Shown here one piece after another: positions 12,552 to 26,903 of a DNA stretch of 64,000 bases. The stretch spans positions 48,670,001 to 48,734,000 of the forward strand of contig OX597827.1 in the NCBI GenBank assembly GCA_951406725.2, given 5' to 3'. Numbering within the stretch: the first letter of the stretch is position 1; each line of letters starts with the position of its first letter. Below the pieces are notes generated by a model. It was not told the DNA's origin, did not search any database, and saw only the letters and a program-made list of their open reading frames with translations. Made by a program: the position numbers and the translations under genes. This stretch comes from Octopus vulgaris. Lineage: Eukaryota.

Positions 12552-12951
12552 TCTATATATATAAAAGTGAAGTTGTGTGGTGTCTGTCTCCTACGATTTA
12601 GATTCCTAACTACTCCCACATTTTGCGGTGCAGTTTATCCAAAACCGGGTATCTTATAGTCGTGATTCATATCGAGCGCTTCTGGGTATTAGCGCGCGTC
12701 TACGATGAGTCTATGATTTTTTTAAAATTACCATCATTTTTTCCATTTTTAATGCATCTTTTTGCTATTATATAAGGGAAGTAACTCTCTAAATATGTCT
12801 ACGATGATTCTACGATTTTTAAAAAATGTACCATACTATTTTTTCCATTTTAATGCATTTTTTGGCTATCATATAAGGGAAGTAACTCTCCAAAAATGCT
12901 TATATAGTTATTTCCCTTACAAACCCGAGCAACGCCGGGCGATACTGCTAG
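12552..12951 (+). mobile_element. Non-autonomous Helitron, unit 2 of head-to-tail dimer
   Basis: Starts TCTATATATATAAAAG directly after the unit 1 CTAG; same hairpin; ends CTAG|T at 12948-12952. Confidence 0.9.
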
Positions 12952-13299
12952 TGTTTTATAATTAACGACAAGAAATTCCTAGCGGAGATCGTTCTTCACT
13001 TATAACCGACAAATTTGATTCAACAACAAAACTGGTTTATTCCATCAAAATGCTGTCACCGGCGCTCGGCAATACTCAAATTTTGACACATATTTCTCTC
13101 ACAGATGCACATACACGTACACACACGCGCACACACATACACACATACACACAAACACACACACACAAACATACACACAAACGCCAGATACACACACATA
13201 CACAAGAAGCACATAACACATACTGCAGATATATACACACATACACACTAGATTTGCAAACGCACGCACACACTATATGAATATATATATATATATATA

Positions 13300-15122
13300 C
13301 GAGTTAGTGAATAAACGAAAAAAGCGCGCTCAACAAGTTTATTGGGAGTTACATGTATGGATCAAAACATTTTGATTCAAATTCGTTGGTACTCTTGAGT
13401 TTCAAGAGTAATGCTAGTCGTCAGCTATTTTGCGTTTGAATGACAGAAGTTGATTGTTATTACCGTAAGGTGGGCGGCGATTGGTCGAGGAAGGTCACGC
13501 GATGTCGGCGTTAGATGTTGGTATATGGGTAACAGTTAATTGGAAAACACCGTATGGTGAACAGGAAATAGAACACGTAGCGGATAGGAAATCTGTCAGA
13601 TTGCTGGGGAGGAAGTTGCAAGTATATAGTTTTATGCGGGTGTGCAGACGCGCAGACGCGCTCATATGGTTTTGCGTGCATGTCTGTGTTGATAAGAGCA
13701 TGCGTATTTGTACATGAGCGCGCACGTCTGCGCGCGCGCACACACACACACATACACTTGGACGAACACGAACACGCACGCGCTCACAGGCACTTACATA
13801 CACGCGCATACGCACACATGCACACACATACACGCATACTTGCATACACACGCGTATTCATTCATATGTACACATGTATATTCACAAACATGTACGCATG
13901 CATCCCAAGGTGCGCGCACACACGGATGCGCGTGCACAGGTGCGTTCACGCGAGCGCATGTGTGAGTACACAGGTGCAAAACAAGCGTTGAGTATTGGTA
14001 TGCGTTGATGATTGGTAATCATTGAGGATTGGTAATTGGCGTTCCTGCTAATGGGACTGGTCAGTAGAGATGACCTTCATGCAGACGGTGCAGAGTAACT
14101 GCAGCTGCTAAGGTGGTATTTCTGAGTTGTCGGCAATCAGAGGCCTGAAATTTAACAGGGTGGCATGCATCTGATGAGGCAATACGATAAATCGTATTTC
14201 TTATGGATGGATACTTGGGGTTGTTGGAGGATATGCAGTTTTTCGCGGCGGCAGAGCTGGCAGTTGGGGGTACCGGGTGAACATGGTGGCGCCCTGTCGA
14301 CAATATTCTACTTCATGTCGGTTATTTCATATCGAAGATCACGGAGTCTCCACACAAAACGAGATAGGGGAGTAGTGCTCTCTTTGTTCCTGGATCTGAA
14401 TGAGTGCATATGCTGGGGGTACCTTCCCTTGAAGTCATTAGCTGTCATACCCGTAAAGTGCCTAGTAATGCCATCGGATGTTGTAAGGGGGGTTCTGTAT
14501 ACCAGGACCCTTGACAGGCAAGATCCTTCTAGAGCGCACATGGTGGGATTTCGGAAGTTGTAGATTGGAGTCGGGGTGGTATGTGTTCATTTTTACGACT
14601 GTAGATGCGTGCGATGTTAGATGCGATGTTGCCTAAGCAGGTGTGGCTCACCTTGACATTATGGGGGTTGAAGTGTTTGCAATACTTATGGCCTCTGGGG
14701 AAGTGTTTTTTTTTAATTAGCAATAGGAAACACATAGCTACGTTGGTGGAAAATTCTAGATTGAAAGGGGGTTATATCATACTTTTCTGCTCCTAATCCG
14801 TTTGAGGTGAGGAGAGGGTGTTTGGGGGTTGTCCATATACGTGAACATCTGAGTAAACCCGGTCCTAGCCAAAGCATCGTTGTAGTAGGAGGAGCTGTTA
14901 AAGATGTCTCCTATTGGCCGAGAGATTAGATAGTCGTTTACTAATGCCTGGAACCAGAATTCTGATTACAGAGGGGGATGGCTTGCACTCTTGTGGATTC
15001 CTGTATCCTCATTTGGATTCCTGTACGGGAAATACTTGCTCGAACTCAGTTCTAAGGTTACATCCAAGAAATCGACCTTAGTCACATTGGTGTTAATCGC
15101 TATGGACAGGCCGAACACCTTA
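13300..15122 (-). mobile_element. Decayed 5'-truncated Penelope-like element (RT C-terminus plus GIY-YIG)
   Basis: TNVTKVDFLDVTLELSSSKYFPYRNPN...SHPP (RT thumb), HFPRGHKYCKHFNPHNVKVSHTCLGN, CALEGSCLSRVLVY...FTGMTANDFKGRYPQHMHSFR (GIY-YIG); both ends abut (TA)n. Confidence 0.88.
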
Positions 15123-15134
15123 AATATAATATAT

Positions 15135-15171
<37 letters not shown>

Positions 15172-15747
15172 GGTGTACCTCCCGCATATACATACACACA
15201 CGTACATACACTAGATATATAGACACATATTCCACCAAACCCAATATCTCTGAATAGAAAGATGAAAGTGTACACACCAGATACGCGCGGCAAATGCACT
15301 AGACACACACACACACACACACTCCCACACACACACAACGCACATAAGTTTTCCTAGCATTTGTTCCTCGAACTAAAGATTTTTTTGAACTTGCAATGAT
15401 ATTTTAGCACTGTGTGACGTACGTTAACCAGTAGCGGTTCAACATCTAGAAACCATCTTGGACAAGTCACATTTTGTCTCCACAAGCCAACGAAAATTTA
15501 AGCAGCGTGGTTCTGAATCAAACTTTTATTCAATAACACACACACACACGAATACATGTACTTATACACACACATAAACATAGATACTTATATATATATA
15601 CTTATAAATAAAAAAGATATATATATTTGTATGTATGCATGTATGTTTGTGCCTGTCTCTATGTATGTATATATGTGTGAATGCATGTATGTTTGTATGC
15701 ATATATGTATGTGTGTATATATGTCTGTATGTGCGCTTATAGGTTCT

Positions 15748-15786
<39 letters not shown>

Positions 15787-15865
15787 CATACGTATGAGAG
15801 GGATTACCACTATGTGGACACCCTCATTTTAATTTTGATTTATATATATATATATATGTATGTGT

Positions 15866-15936
<71 letters not shown>

Positions 15937-17568
15937 CATACATACATACATACATACATACATACATACATACATACATAATGGCATATAAATAATACAA
16001 GGAATTGAAGGCTTCCAAATCTAAACTTCGAGTTTTATCTGTACGTGTGTGCGTGCCATTTGTACTCTACATAGAGATTTGCTGTAACTTCCCATTCATT
16101 CATTGATTCTCTTCTGCTTTCCTTCTTACCTTCCTCCCTTCAGTATTTCCTTTTCTTTAATCCGTTCATGTCCCTTTCATGCTCTCCTCTCTCCGTCCCT
16201 TGTCCCCCAACTCCTTCTAATACATGTTAGCGTATCCTCCATCATCACACCGTCTTCCCCTCATATTATTTTACCTCATTGCCTTTTCCTTTTCCCACAT
16301 TAATCCCAATATATCGATCGTTCAACACAAGCTGAAATTCCATTTCCCACAGATAAAGGGTTCCTCTCGCAACTTTAGATATTCTCTCTTTCCTTACGGC
16401 ATAAAACGATACGATGTCAGAATTATTTCCATTACTCGCGCCAACGCAGAACAGCACCAATTCACTTGCCTTTTAAAGTTTTACAAGATCTTTTCCTTGA
16501 GTGACGTTTTCTTTTTTAACAAACACACCCGGATGGACACACACACACTCACACAGATATACACTCACACACTCACACAGATATATATATTTATATTTTT
16601 AATACAACAATTATTTTACACACGTATATATCTTTCTGAAGAATTTTCTAATATCGGTTTCCTGATATTAATAATAATATATTATAATATACATATACGT
16701 TGATGAATTCTTTGCCATGAAACCATCTCAATTCTGGGAAGAGGGTATTTTCAAGTTAAAGAAAAGATGGAAACGTATTGTGCAACAAAATGGTTCGTAT
16801 TTGGTTGATTAAAAATGTAATGGCAAGTATTTATTGGCCTTTTTCTTTCTTTTAAAAATCGGCACGAACTTTCCGGATAATCCAATAAAAGAGTATTTCT
16901 ACCTTTAAACATAGTAAATGTGCAGTCATAGAGTTTCAGGAAATAATTTAGCAATAAATCTTATCTAAACAGAATATAGATTTATGTACATCCAATGCCA
17001 TCAACTCTTCCGTGCAAGAATTGGTCTTCTTAGCCATCAACCACATCATTGTAAAGAAAACAATCAGCTAAGAGAGAACTAAATTCTCTGAATTCTTGGA
17101 TAAATCCGACGACGATTTCTGAAATCTTTATTACCCTGATATTATTAAATATATATATATATATATATTAAGAAGTTGTTTTTGTAAAGTATTGTGAGGT
17201 ATAATTTAAAGACTGTAGTTGTGTAAAGCTGGAACGATGCGAGAAGGTACAACTTAAATTGCAAAATGCAAACAAATAGACCAAAGTTGCAGTTTTACCT
17301 TGTGTTTCTATTTTTCGGGGGCGAAGACCGCTTCTACAAGACATTCGAAAAGTGGTGGTTGGAAAAAGTTTGTTAGTCGGATGTGTGAGCTACAAACTTT
17401 TTCTATGAGGAAGCATTGAGTATACTGCTGACTAGTGACAACTTGGTAAACAAGCATACTGAGAAAATACCAAGGTGTAACCACCGCACCAAATATGCAT
17501 TTTAAACATGGGACAGTGTGTAGAATTAATAATTATAATTCAGTTTCCCATCTTTTCTATCCCATATG

Positions 17569-17628
<60 letters not shown>

Positions 17629-18364
17629 TAGTATGTATATATGTGTATATATGTATGTAAATATATATATATATGTGTGTGTGTGTATGTATTTATGCAT
17701 ATGTTTAGGGGGAGATTTATATGTATGCGTGGATATACGGATGTAAGTGGTACTATATGTATGGAGGTATTTGTGAGTATGTTCTCGTGTATATATGGTC
17801 ATGTATACATCGATAAATTATGGAGCAGGTTATGCGTGTCTCTGGACCACCGAGTACTGAAGGCCGGATAATAAAATTTCACATGTGCAGCCTAACATGG
17901 GGAACAAAATAAACATCCAATACATTCAATAACACTTATAGCAGGCACGCAGAACCGCGTTAACAGTACGCGTAATGAAACTGCCCGCGTCTACTAAATT
18001 CAAACAAGGCAGATGGATGTGTTAGCATCGAATATTACCTGAAAAAATACAACTGGATCCCATTATATAGGAATATAGGCAAACCGTTGCATAATCAAAT
18101 ATCTCTGCAAATATATGCAGAACTATCCTGTATGGAAACGTGTAGTGATTATAAAATAACTGTCCGACCATACTGCAATATATATATATATATATATAAA
18201 TACAAAGATGAGACAAGAACGCAAAACATCCAGACAGTTAGGTGAAACAATAAAAAAAATGAAAACAAAATATCCAGACAGACGATACAAGAAAAACAAG
18301 GACGGATCATTCGGAGCTTTCTATTCTCAGTCGAGTTCCAGATCATCTTTGCAATTTCGGCTGG

Positions 18365-18442
<78 letters not shown>

Positions 18443-18444
18443 AC

Positions 18445-18504
<60 letters not shown>

Positions 18505-18608
18505 GGGTAAAGTTTAAAATAAAAATGTGGTGAAGCAATTTAGTTGAACTCTAATTAGAATTATGCTTATAATTATAGAATTTATATATATATATATATA
18601 TACATACA

Positions 18609-18694
<86 letters not shown>

Positions 18695-18699
18695 TAAAC

Positions 18700-20740
18700 T
18701 TTGACTTAGATAAACTTAGATATGTTTCGACCAAAGATTGGTCCAGGCCATGTCTAACTTAATAGCACCACCTGATAGGATTATTCGAATCCTGTTTAAG
18801 TCAAGTTTTGTTTATGTTCCATTCAAGTAGTGAGTTCTTGTTGGGTGTGTTGTATGCAATTATGGGTGGCTTATCTGGTATTCTTTGAAGGAATCTATCC
18901 AGACTCCGTTTAAAGTTGATGGGATCCTTTTCCTCTTTGATCTCCCTCGGGACAATGTTAAATAGGGCAGGGCCTGTTGATAAAAAGAAATTATGTTGCA
19001 GTGTACATGTATGCTGTGATCTTGAATTGGGCAGGGGACGTATGGCCCGTGGTCCCAGTCTTGGATGAACCTTGAAGCTAATGTTAAGGTCGTTTGGGCA
19101 AAGTTGGCGGTATATTCTCCACATCGTACAAATGATGTACCGCTCACGGCGACGCTGGAGAGAGTAAAGTTTCAAGGCTTTAAGGCGATCCCAATAATCG
19201 AGAGCAGCCATGCCTTCAATTCGTTTAGTGAGTGCCCTCTGGGGTGACTCAATCCTGGAGATGTGTTGTCTTGTATGGGGAGACCACAGTGGGCAGCAAT
19301 ATTCAAGGTGTGGCCGTACAAAGGAGGAGAAAAGTGGTATGATGACATCTTGTTCTCTGGACCGGAAAGTTCTTAAGATCCAGGAACTCATCCTACGAGC
19401 TATATCGACCTTCTTGTTGATGTGTGCACTCCAACTGAGATCGTCATCAACAATTACACCCAGGTCTCTGATATTGCTAGAGGCTGTGAGCGGTTCCCCT
19501 GAAGGAAGAGAGTATGGCTGTTTTAGTGAGGAATTTCTTCCAAAATGCATCAGCTCAAATTTTCCATTATTCAGTTGCATTTTGTTTCTGTCTGCCAATT
19601 GACTCACAGCATATAGATCAGACTGGAGTTGAGTTCGGTCTGCTTCTTCATTGACGATTTGCTGGAGCTTAGTGTCATCAGCAAATATTTTCACTTTGCA
19701 GTAATGTACGACACTGGAAAGGTTGTTTATGTAAATTATGAAGAGTTGCGGACCCAAGACAGTCACCTGGGGAACACTGCTGGTGACTTTTGCTGGGCTT
19801 CAGTGGACTCCATCAACTACAACATGTTGTGATCTATTCGCCAGGAAATACTTAATCCAGTGTAGAACTTTTCCACGGATTCCAACATTTGCCAATTTTG
19901 AGAGTAGGATATTATGGTCTACCCTGCCGAACGCTTTACTGAAGTCAAGATATATGACGTCAGAGTTCGAACCTGTTCCCCAGGCTTTGAGTACATCTTC
20001 AATGTGGTGTAAAAACTGTGTTAGACAGTCCCTGCCACAGCGAAAGCCATGCTGATTTGCATTTAGGAGTTTGTGGGTCTCCAGGAATTCAGCTATCCTT
20101 GATCTTAACACTCTTTCAAACACTTTAATGATGTGGGAGGTGAGTGAGATTGGGTGATAGTTGACTGCGAGGGATCTGTCTCCCTGTTTGAAAACCGGGA
20201 TGACCGACTGGGATAGAAACTGTTTCGGTATATAACCTGCATCTAACGAATTTCTCCAGAGGTTGGTCAGAGGGACTGCAAGTTGGTGTCTACATTCCTT
20301 CAGGAGACTAGCGGGGAATCTATCAGGGCCTACAGCAGAGTATTATTTGACCTCATTTATTGCTGCTACGATGTCAGTGGCAGTGAAGGTTATGTCTGAG
20401 TTTTTATGTTGGGAGTCAACTTCGTTCGCTTCTCTTACGTCAATATCAGTGGGAACACTAAAGACAGAGCAGTATTGTTTCTGCAGTATTTCTGCTATTT
20501 CTTTAGCATCGTGTTGGGGATTGCCGTTATCATCAATCAATGGCCCAATGGGTGAGACAGTGGTTCTATGCTTATTTGCATAAGAATAGAACACTTTTGG
20601 GTTCTGTTTGATGTTTTTGATTCCCCACTGTTCCTCCACAGCTCTTTGATTTTCATTGGAGGTTTTCATGTCGGTCTGCAGATGAAGTGTTTCCAGCTCT
20701 AGCCTTTTCATTGTTGTTGAATGTGGATGTTGTGTGTGGG
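18700..20740 (-). mobile_element. CR1-group LINE, 5'-truncated, RT domain with frameshifts and intact 3' tail
   Basis: NANQHGFR, VIYLDFSKAFGRVDH, VLGPQLFIIYIN, IFADDTKL, RPHLEYCCPLWSP, SLQRRRERY; 3' tail with repeated atctaagt; inserted between (TA)n tracts. Confidence 0.93.
18801..19766 (-). pseudogene. Reverse transcriptase C-terminal fragment of the CR1-group LINE
   Basis: 321-aa ORF containing FADD; continues upstream only through frameshifts (ORFs 19800-20123, 20343-20711). Confidence 0.9.
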
Positions 20741-20742
20741 AA

Positions 20743-20792
<50 letters not shown>

Positions 20793-21039
20793 GAATGCGT
20801 GTGTGTGTGCGTGTCTTTGGCTACAAGAATTGTCTATATAAATGATATTTCATACGGCAGCTGGTGTCTAAAATAACGTACAAATGCCTAAGGATAACAT
20901 AAAAACAGATAAAATGTCACGAATAAAAATCAAATATATATTATCTTTGTTGAGATAAATAAATGAGTCGGTGAAATATTTCTCACCATTTTCTAAGTTG
21001 TGTATCTCTATGTACAGGTTCATTTCTGTAAAAAAAAAT

Positions 21040-21480
21040 TCCAATGTCAACAGATCTGCTTCATATATAAGATATATATTTATGCGTGTGTAAATACAAT
21101 TTACTCGTAGATAGATGTCTCATTTTTATATCCCTTAATGTATATATTTATGTGAGTGTGACAGAGATAGACGCCTTTTTTCAAATGTCAACAAGTCTGT
21201 TTCATATAAATGATATATATTATTGTGTGTGTTTGTGTAAATAGATACCATACAGAGTTAGATGCTTTTTTCATATGTCAACAGGTCTGTCTTATATATA
21301 TAAAATATATATTTGTGTGTGTCCTCCATGGATGGCCAATCTGCTGAATCAGTCTATACCATAATCTTCTCTACCTTTCCATTTGTGTATCCGTAGGTAA
21401 AGGTTCATTTCCGTAAAAATTTTCAATTGTCAACAGGTCTGAATTTTTATATATATAAGATATATATTTATGTGACTGTG
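21040..21480 (+). repeat. Degenerate tandem repeat upstream of the Helitron helicase remnant
   Basis: Motif tgtcaaca(g/a)(g/a)tctg..tcatata recurs at ~21045, 21186, 21276, 21428. Confidence 0.65.
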
Positions 21481-21489
21481 TGTGTGACA

Positions 21490-22504
21490 AGAAAAAATAG
21501 CAGCAGTCAATGGCTGTAGTTTTTGTAACTACATCCATCTGGAATGCCACTTCACCACTTAACAATTAAAAAGGGGTTCCAATCATGCTGCTCAAGAATC
21601 TGGATACATCTTGTCTGTGCAATGACACCAGACTGGTGGTGAAAGCGATACGACCCCATGTCCTAGAGGCAACAATTATGACTGGAAAATACAAGAGTGG
21701 GGATGTCTTCATTCCACAAATCCCGTTCATCTCATATGCCCCCCCCCCCTTTGAATTTAAACGCTTCTAGTTTCCAGTGAAAATGATTTTCGCCATGTCA
21801 ATAAACAAATCTCAAGGACAGTCTCTCAAGGTTGTGGTCTATACCTTGCTTCTTGCTTTTCCTTGCTCCTCTCATGGATAATTATATGTAAGATGTTCAC
21901 GACTTGGAAGTCCCCCAATTTTTTTCATTTATACACAAATTAAAGGGCACACTCAAAATATTGTATATTTAGAAGCTCTAGGTAATAAACTGTGATTGAT
22001 TTCCGGATTTGTTTCAATACATTCGTTTATACTCACGTCATCTGATAGAATTTTAGTAAAAATGTATTTATTAACAGGAGAGGAGCGCCCGCACGGCGGT
22101 TGTTCTCAAATTTATACATTTTCAGGTTAAACGTGTTTCAAATAACTGATGATAATTGTTGATTGCAAAAACATAGAACTACCTTCTGTTTGTTTTTGAC
22201 AATTCTAACAGTGAGAGCATCAGACAAAACATGTTATTGACATATACAGTTGTTACCTCAGCTAATAACCGACAAGAACTGTATAATCCATGTTTTATTT
22301 TCCTTGGAGATTTAAAAGTCATACTTAAATTTCATTATTTTCAATAACCTGAGAAACGCCGGGTTATTAACGTATAAAGTTAGTATCTCAGCTACTAGGA
22401 TGTGAGACTTGCGTAGTCTATGTTTCATGTTAGTAAGAGATCTAAAAGCATTTTTAAATTTCATTATTTTCTTTAACCCAGGCAACTCCGGGTATTTCTG
22501 ATAG
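21490..22504 (+). mobile_element. Helitron remnant: Pif1-like RepHel helicase C-terminus and 3' end
   Basis: GVPIMLLKNLDTSCLCNDTRLVV...VFIPQIP...FEFKRF*FPVKMIFAMSINKSQGQSL...HG*LYVRCSR; degenerate 3' hairpin acccaggcaactccgggt followed by ATAG|T at 22501-22505. Confidence 0.9.
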
Positions 22505-23316
22505 TAAGAAATATAAAATGGCCACAACTGGAAAGAGCATTGATCGTGGATATTCCAGGTCAAAAGTGACTTGTGACCAAAGAACAAAATATAATACAGA
22601 AGATGAAACAATAGGCAAGAAACAATTAATATTGTATACGAGAAATAGTTTGCTTTAAACTTTTTACTGAAAATTTCAACTTCTTCCGAGCCGACGAAAC
22701 AAAATATAACTGGTCAAATGACTGGCTAGAAATGACAGCTAGATTTCATATCATTCTGATTAAACATGTTTTAAATAAGGACGCATACGTGATATAATAT
22801 AAGCATAAACAAGTGTAAAAATAGGAGGTTGTGACGCCGAAAATAGTTTTTATCTACAAGGTAACCGGAGGCCTTTGGCGTGACGTGACCCTAGATATTT
22901 CGAGAAATATCGGTCGAATTTCGATGAAGCCGCAATTTTCTGTCTTCGGAACCTGGACATGTGGTAATTTAGTCTTCGATACATTGATCCTGAAAAGAGA
23001 AAACTTGGATGAATTAAACCTACTCGATTAGAGAGAACTGTTCAATTAGCTACACTATTGCTGATTTACTTAAATACATATCATTTATAAACTCAGGAAA
23101 TGCAACGGACAAATAAGTGGATATTCGTACTTACACCCCACACAAACACACAAACACATAAACAAATCACCCAACCTCCATGCAAACTTACACATTTACG
23201 TGCGTATGTATATATGAGTGTGCATGGCTTTGCGTGAGTGTGTATATGTGTGTATATGGCTGTAATGTGTGTTTTGTGTGTGAGTATGTGTTTGTGTGTG
23301 AGTGTGTGGGGGTGTA

Positions 23317-23538
23317 TAGGAAGGGGTACTGATAAGTTCTTTGCTTGAAGGGATTCTCGAAAGACCTGGCGGGAGGCCCAACGTTCCGAGTTCTTTTACA
23401 GGGCTTAGAAAAACTGAAGGACCACTGCAATAAATGTGTGCATCTGAGAAGTGAATATGTTGAATAAAATCATAATTAACTGACCCTCTTGTATTTTCTT
23501 CCAGCTAAAGCCAGGATCATTTCAGCACTCACCTCTCG
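23317..23538 (+). mobile_element. Mariner-derived MITE
   Basis: Ends aggggtactgataagttc / atttcagcactcacctctcg; interior resembles a transposase C-terminus (CNKCVHLRSEYVE*); homologue at 8762-8978. Confidence 0.7.
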
Positions 23539-24000
23539 CGCGTATATATATATTTATATATATATTTATACACGTAGGTATAATAGGAGACTGCATGAAC
23601 CAAGTTGCATCGCAGCAGAAATAAAACCAGATCTCATATGGGTGAGAAACAAACCTCTTAACTACACAAAGCCATGTCTGCGTATAGAGGTATATACATG
23701 ATACTTACATGTATGTATGTACGTTTGATATTAACAAATCATTTTATTTGACCATTAATGTTCGAGACCTAGGTACAAGTAGTAACTATTGAAAATGTTT
23801 TTATTTTTCATCCCCTTCGAAATTACACTTAACTGTTGTTTGGACTTTGACTGTTCCTTTTAGCACGTAAGGTGTCCTATTAACGGTCATCTCTTGGGTG
23901 TATGAGATGTACACTAATTTTTCTAGGATTTATATGTTGCCTATCGACTAATTTATGCATGCTAGCCACTGGTAGAAAATTTCTCTAATTTTTCTACCCT

Positions 24001-24064
<64 letters not shown>

Positions 24065-24085
24065 ATATTAAGAAAGAAAGAGAGG

Positions 24086-24125
<40 letters not shown>

Positions 24126-25094
24126 TGTGTATATTTTATTACATTAACGGGCTTCAAAATTTTATACGTCGCCGAAATACAATGCAAAATGGAAAACCAG
24201 CCCAAACCAATCCACGATATATGCAATATTTTTATCCTTAAAATTAATGTAAATTTAATTAAATTCCTAAAATCAAGAAACACCTACGCACACTAATGTA
24301 CACACACACACACATATACAAACACTAGCAAGTTATCCGTATACTTGTGCACGTGCAGTCAACTATAAATTTATCCCTGTATAAATCATTAAATATTGAT
24401 AATGAAACATTATTTATAAAATGATTTTAATATCGGTGAAAAATAGCTTGGCTTGTTATTTCGAATTTCAGTTTTATGTTTATTATATAGCATAACAAAT
24501 AAAAATTCTACCGATACGCGCACATGCACACGCGCACACAACACACATTAAGAACGTACATAAACAGCACGGTTACACAACGCACATATACACGGATACG
24601 ATATATTTATTATATATTTCTAAAAAATTTAGGAAGTGTACGGCTAAATCAAAGGATTTGATTCATAATTATACAGATTTAATATCGCCATTTAGTTGTA
24701 CTATTTCAATTCATTTCTCTATTTGTAACGAAGAAAAAAATTAATGATGTATTGTATGAGAAAACTGGTACAACTCTAAGGCACTTAAGCATAAACATAC
24801 AGATGCATACGTGCATGCACACACACACATATATATATATACATACGTATGTGTATGTGCGTGCGTGTTTGTGTCTGTATCAAATGAAGGAGGTAGATAT
24901 GATCAAATCATTATAATGTATGAGTGGAGCATCTGGGCGAAATGAGATGCTGACAGCAAAATACGTGTACGTTCATTTATATTCGCTTATGTTTGAATTT
25001 TGAATTACTTAACGTAATAGATATATATGCATATATGCTATGCATGTTGATACACACACACCATATTTATATATATATACAATAGTAATTTTAA

Positions 25095-25367
25095 AGACAG
25101 AACCACCTTCAACTCAATCAACACTCAAAGGTTTTATACCCGACAACTCCATAGAATGTTAAAAAATTAAATATTATACTAACTATATCTATTCTGAATC
25201 CTGTATACTCTGTTTATAAGACTACACGTGTTTCGTGAAAGTACGTTGGTATTGATTAGATACGAGGTATCTAGTTTCAATACTTACTCGGTTTGATTTT
25301 TAACATTATATGGAGTGGTCGCGTATAAAACCTTTCCGTGTTGATTGAGTTGAAGGTGGTTCTATCT
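25095..25367. repeat. Inverted repeat (~75-bp arms) enclosing a half-hammerhead
   Basis: agacagaaccaccttcaactcaatcaacac... / ...gtgttgattgagttgaaggtggttctatct; spacer has minus-strand GAAA-cacgtg-TA at 25223-25234. Confidence 0.75.
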
Positions 25368-25474
25368 CAAAAATTAATTTTATATATATGAATTAAACAT
25401 TGAGAGATGTTCATTTGACTACATATTATTTGAATGTCTTTTTTCTGTGTACTCGGAAGTAATATTCCCTGACA

Positions 25475-25990
<516 letters not shown>

Positions 25991-26574
25991 GAGATATATC
26001 ATACATGTTTATGCATAGCATACGATGTATTAGAAAGCCCATAATATGCATTTATAGTTGTTAAACTAGCGACTAGAAGCATTTTGCTACGGAATTATAC
26101 ACAGACATACATCATGCTATTCCCTGCATGCACATAAAAGTGACGGACATAATTTTGACTGCATAGAGCATACATTAGGGGGCAATTATTCCTAATCCCT
26201 ATATTAACAAGGGGTACTTTTAGCCAGTACGTTCATAAATCGAACACAAACAGGAATGTAGCTGCAATGCATGATCTAATTTGCACGTTATACAATAGAC
26301 AGTAGCGGAATTAAGTAGATAATAAACATGTATTAAGTTTTGGAAATCTAGGAGAAATTTAAATATTCGGAAATATTTAGTTCTCTTTTAAAGCTGTTTG
26401 CTATGGAGGTTTAATCTGTTATGACTTAGTCCAGTTATTCTTTTCGTTACAAGATAAATATGTACCTATTTTCTGTGCATGTACACAGGTGAGCACTTTT
26501 ATTCGTAGATGTATTAAATACATAAATCCTTATATCATATTATAAGTCGACTCTTCACGCACACTTACATTTAT

Positions 26575-26752
26575 ATATATACATATATACGACAGGCTTC
26601 TTTCAGTTTCCGTCTACTAAATCCACTCACAAGGCTTTGGTCGGCCCGAGGCTATAGCAGAAGACACTTGCCCAAGGTGCCACGCAGTGGGACTGAACCC
26701 GGAACCATGTGGTTAGTAAGCAAGCTACCTACCACAAGCCACTCCTACGCCT
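26575..26752 (-). mobile_element. 5' half of the same SINE family
   Basis: Reverse-complement match to 25584-25750. Confidence 0.9.
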
Positions 26753-26776
26753 ATATATATAATTATATATAATTAT

Positions 26777-26903
26777 ACGTTAACGCAAGGCAAACATCTC
26801 AAGTCGTATAAAATAATATTATTGGAAAAAGTTAAAATTTAAATTAATTGTTTTCCAATAATAATAATGTATATGACTTGGAATGTTTGACTTGCCTTAA
26901 CGT
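26777..26903. repeat. Imperfect palindrome / fold-back element
   Basis: acgttaacgcaaggcaaacatctcaagtcgtata...tattattggaaaa / ttttccaataata...tatatgacttggaatgtttgacttgccttaacgt. Confidence 0.75.

Noticed and set aside
18715-18760. Hairpin followed by GAAAC in the LINE tail as a hammerhead
   Set aside because: No CUGANGA core; better explained as a LINE 3' recognition stem-loop
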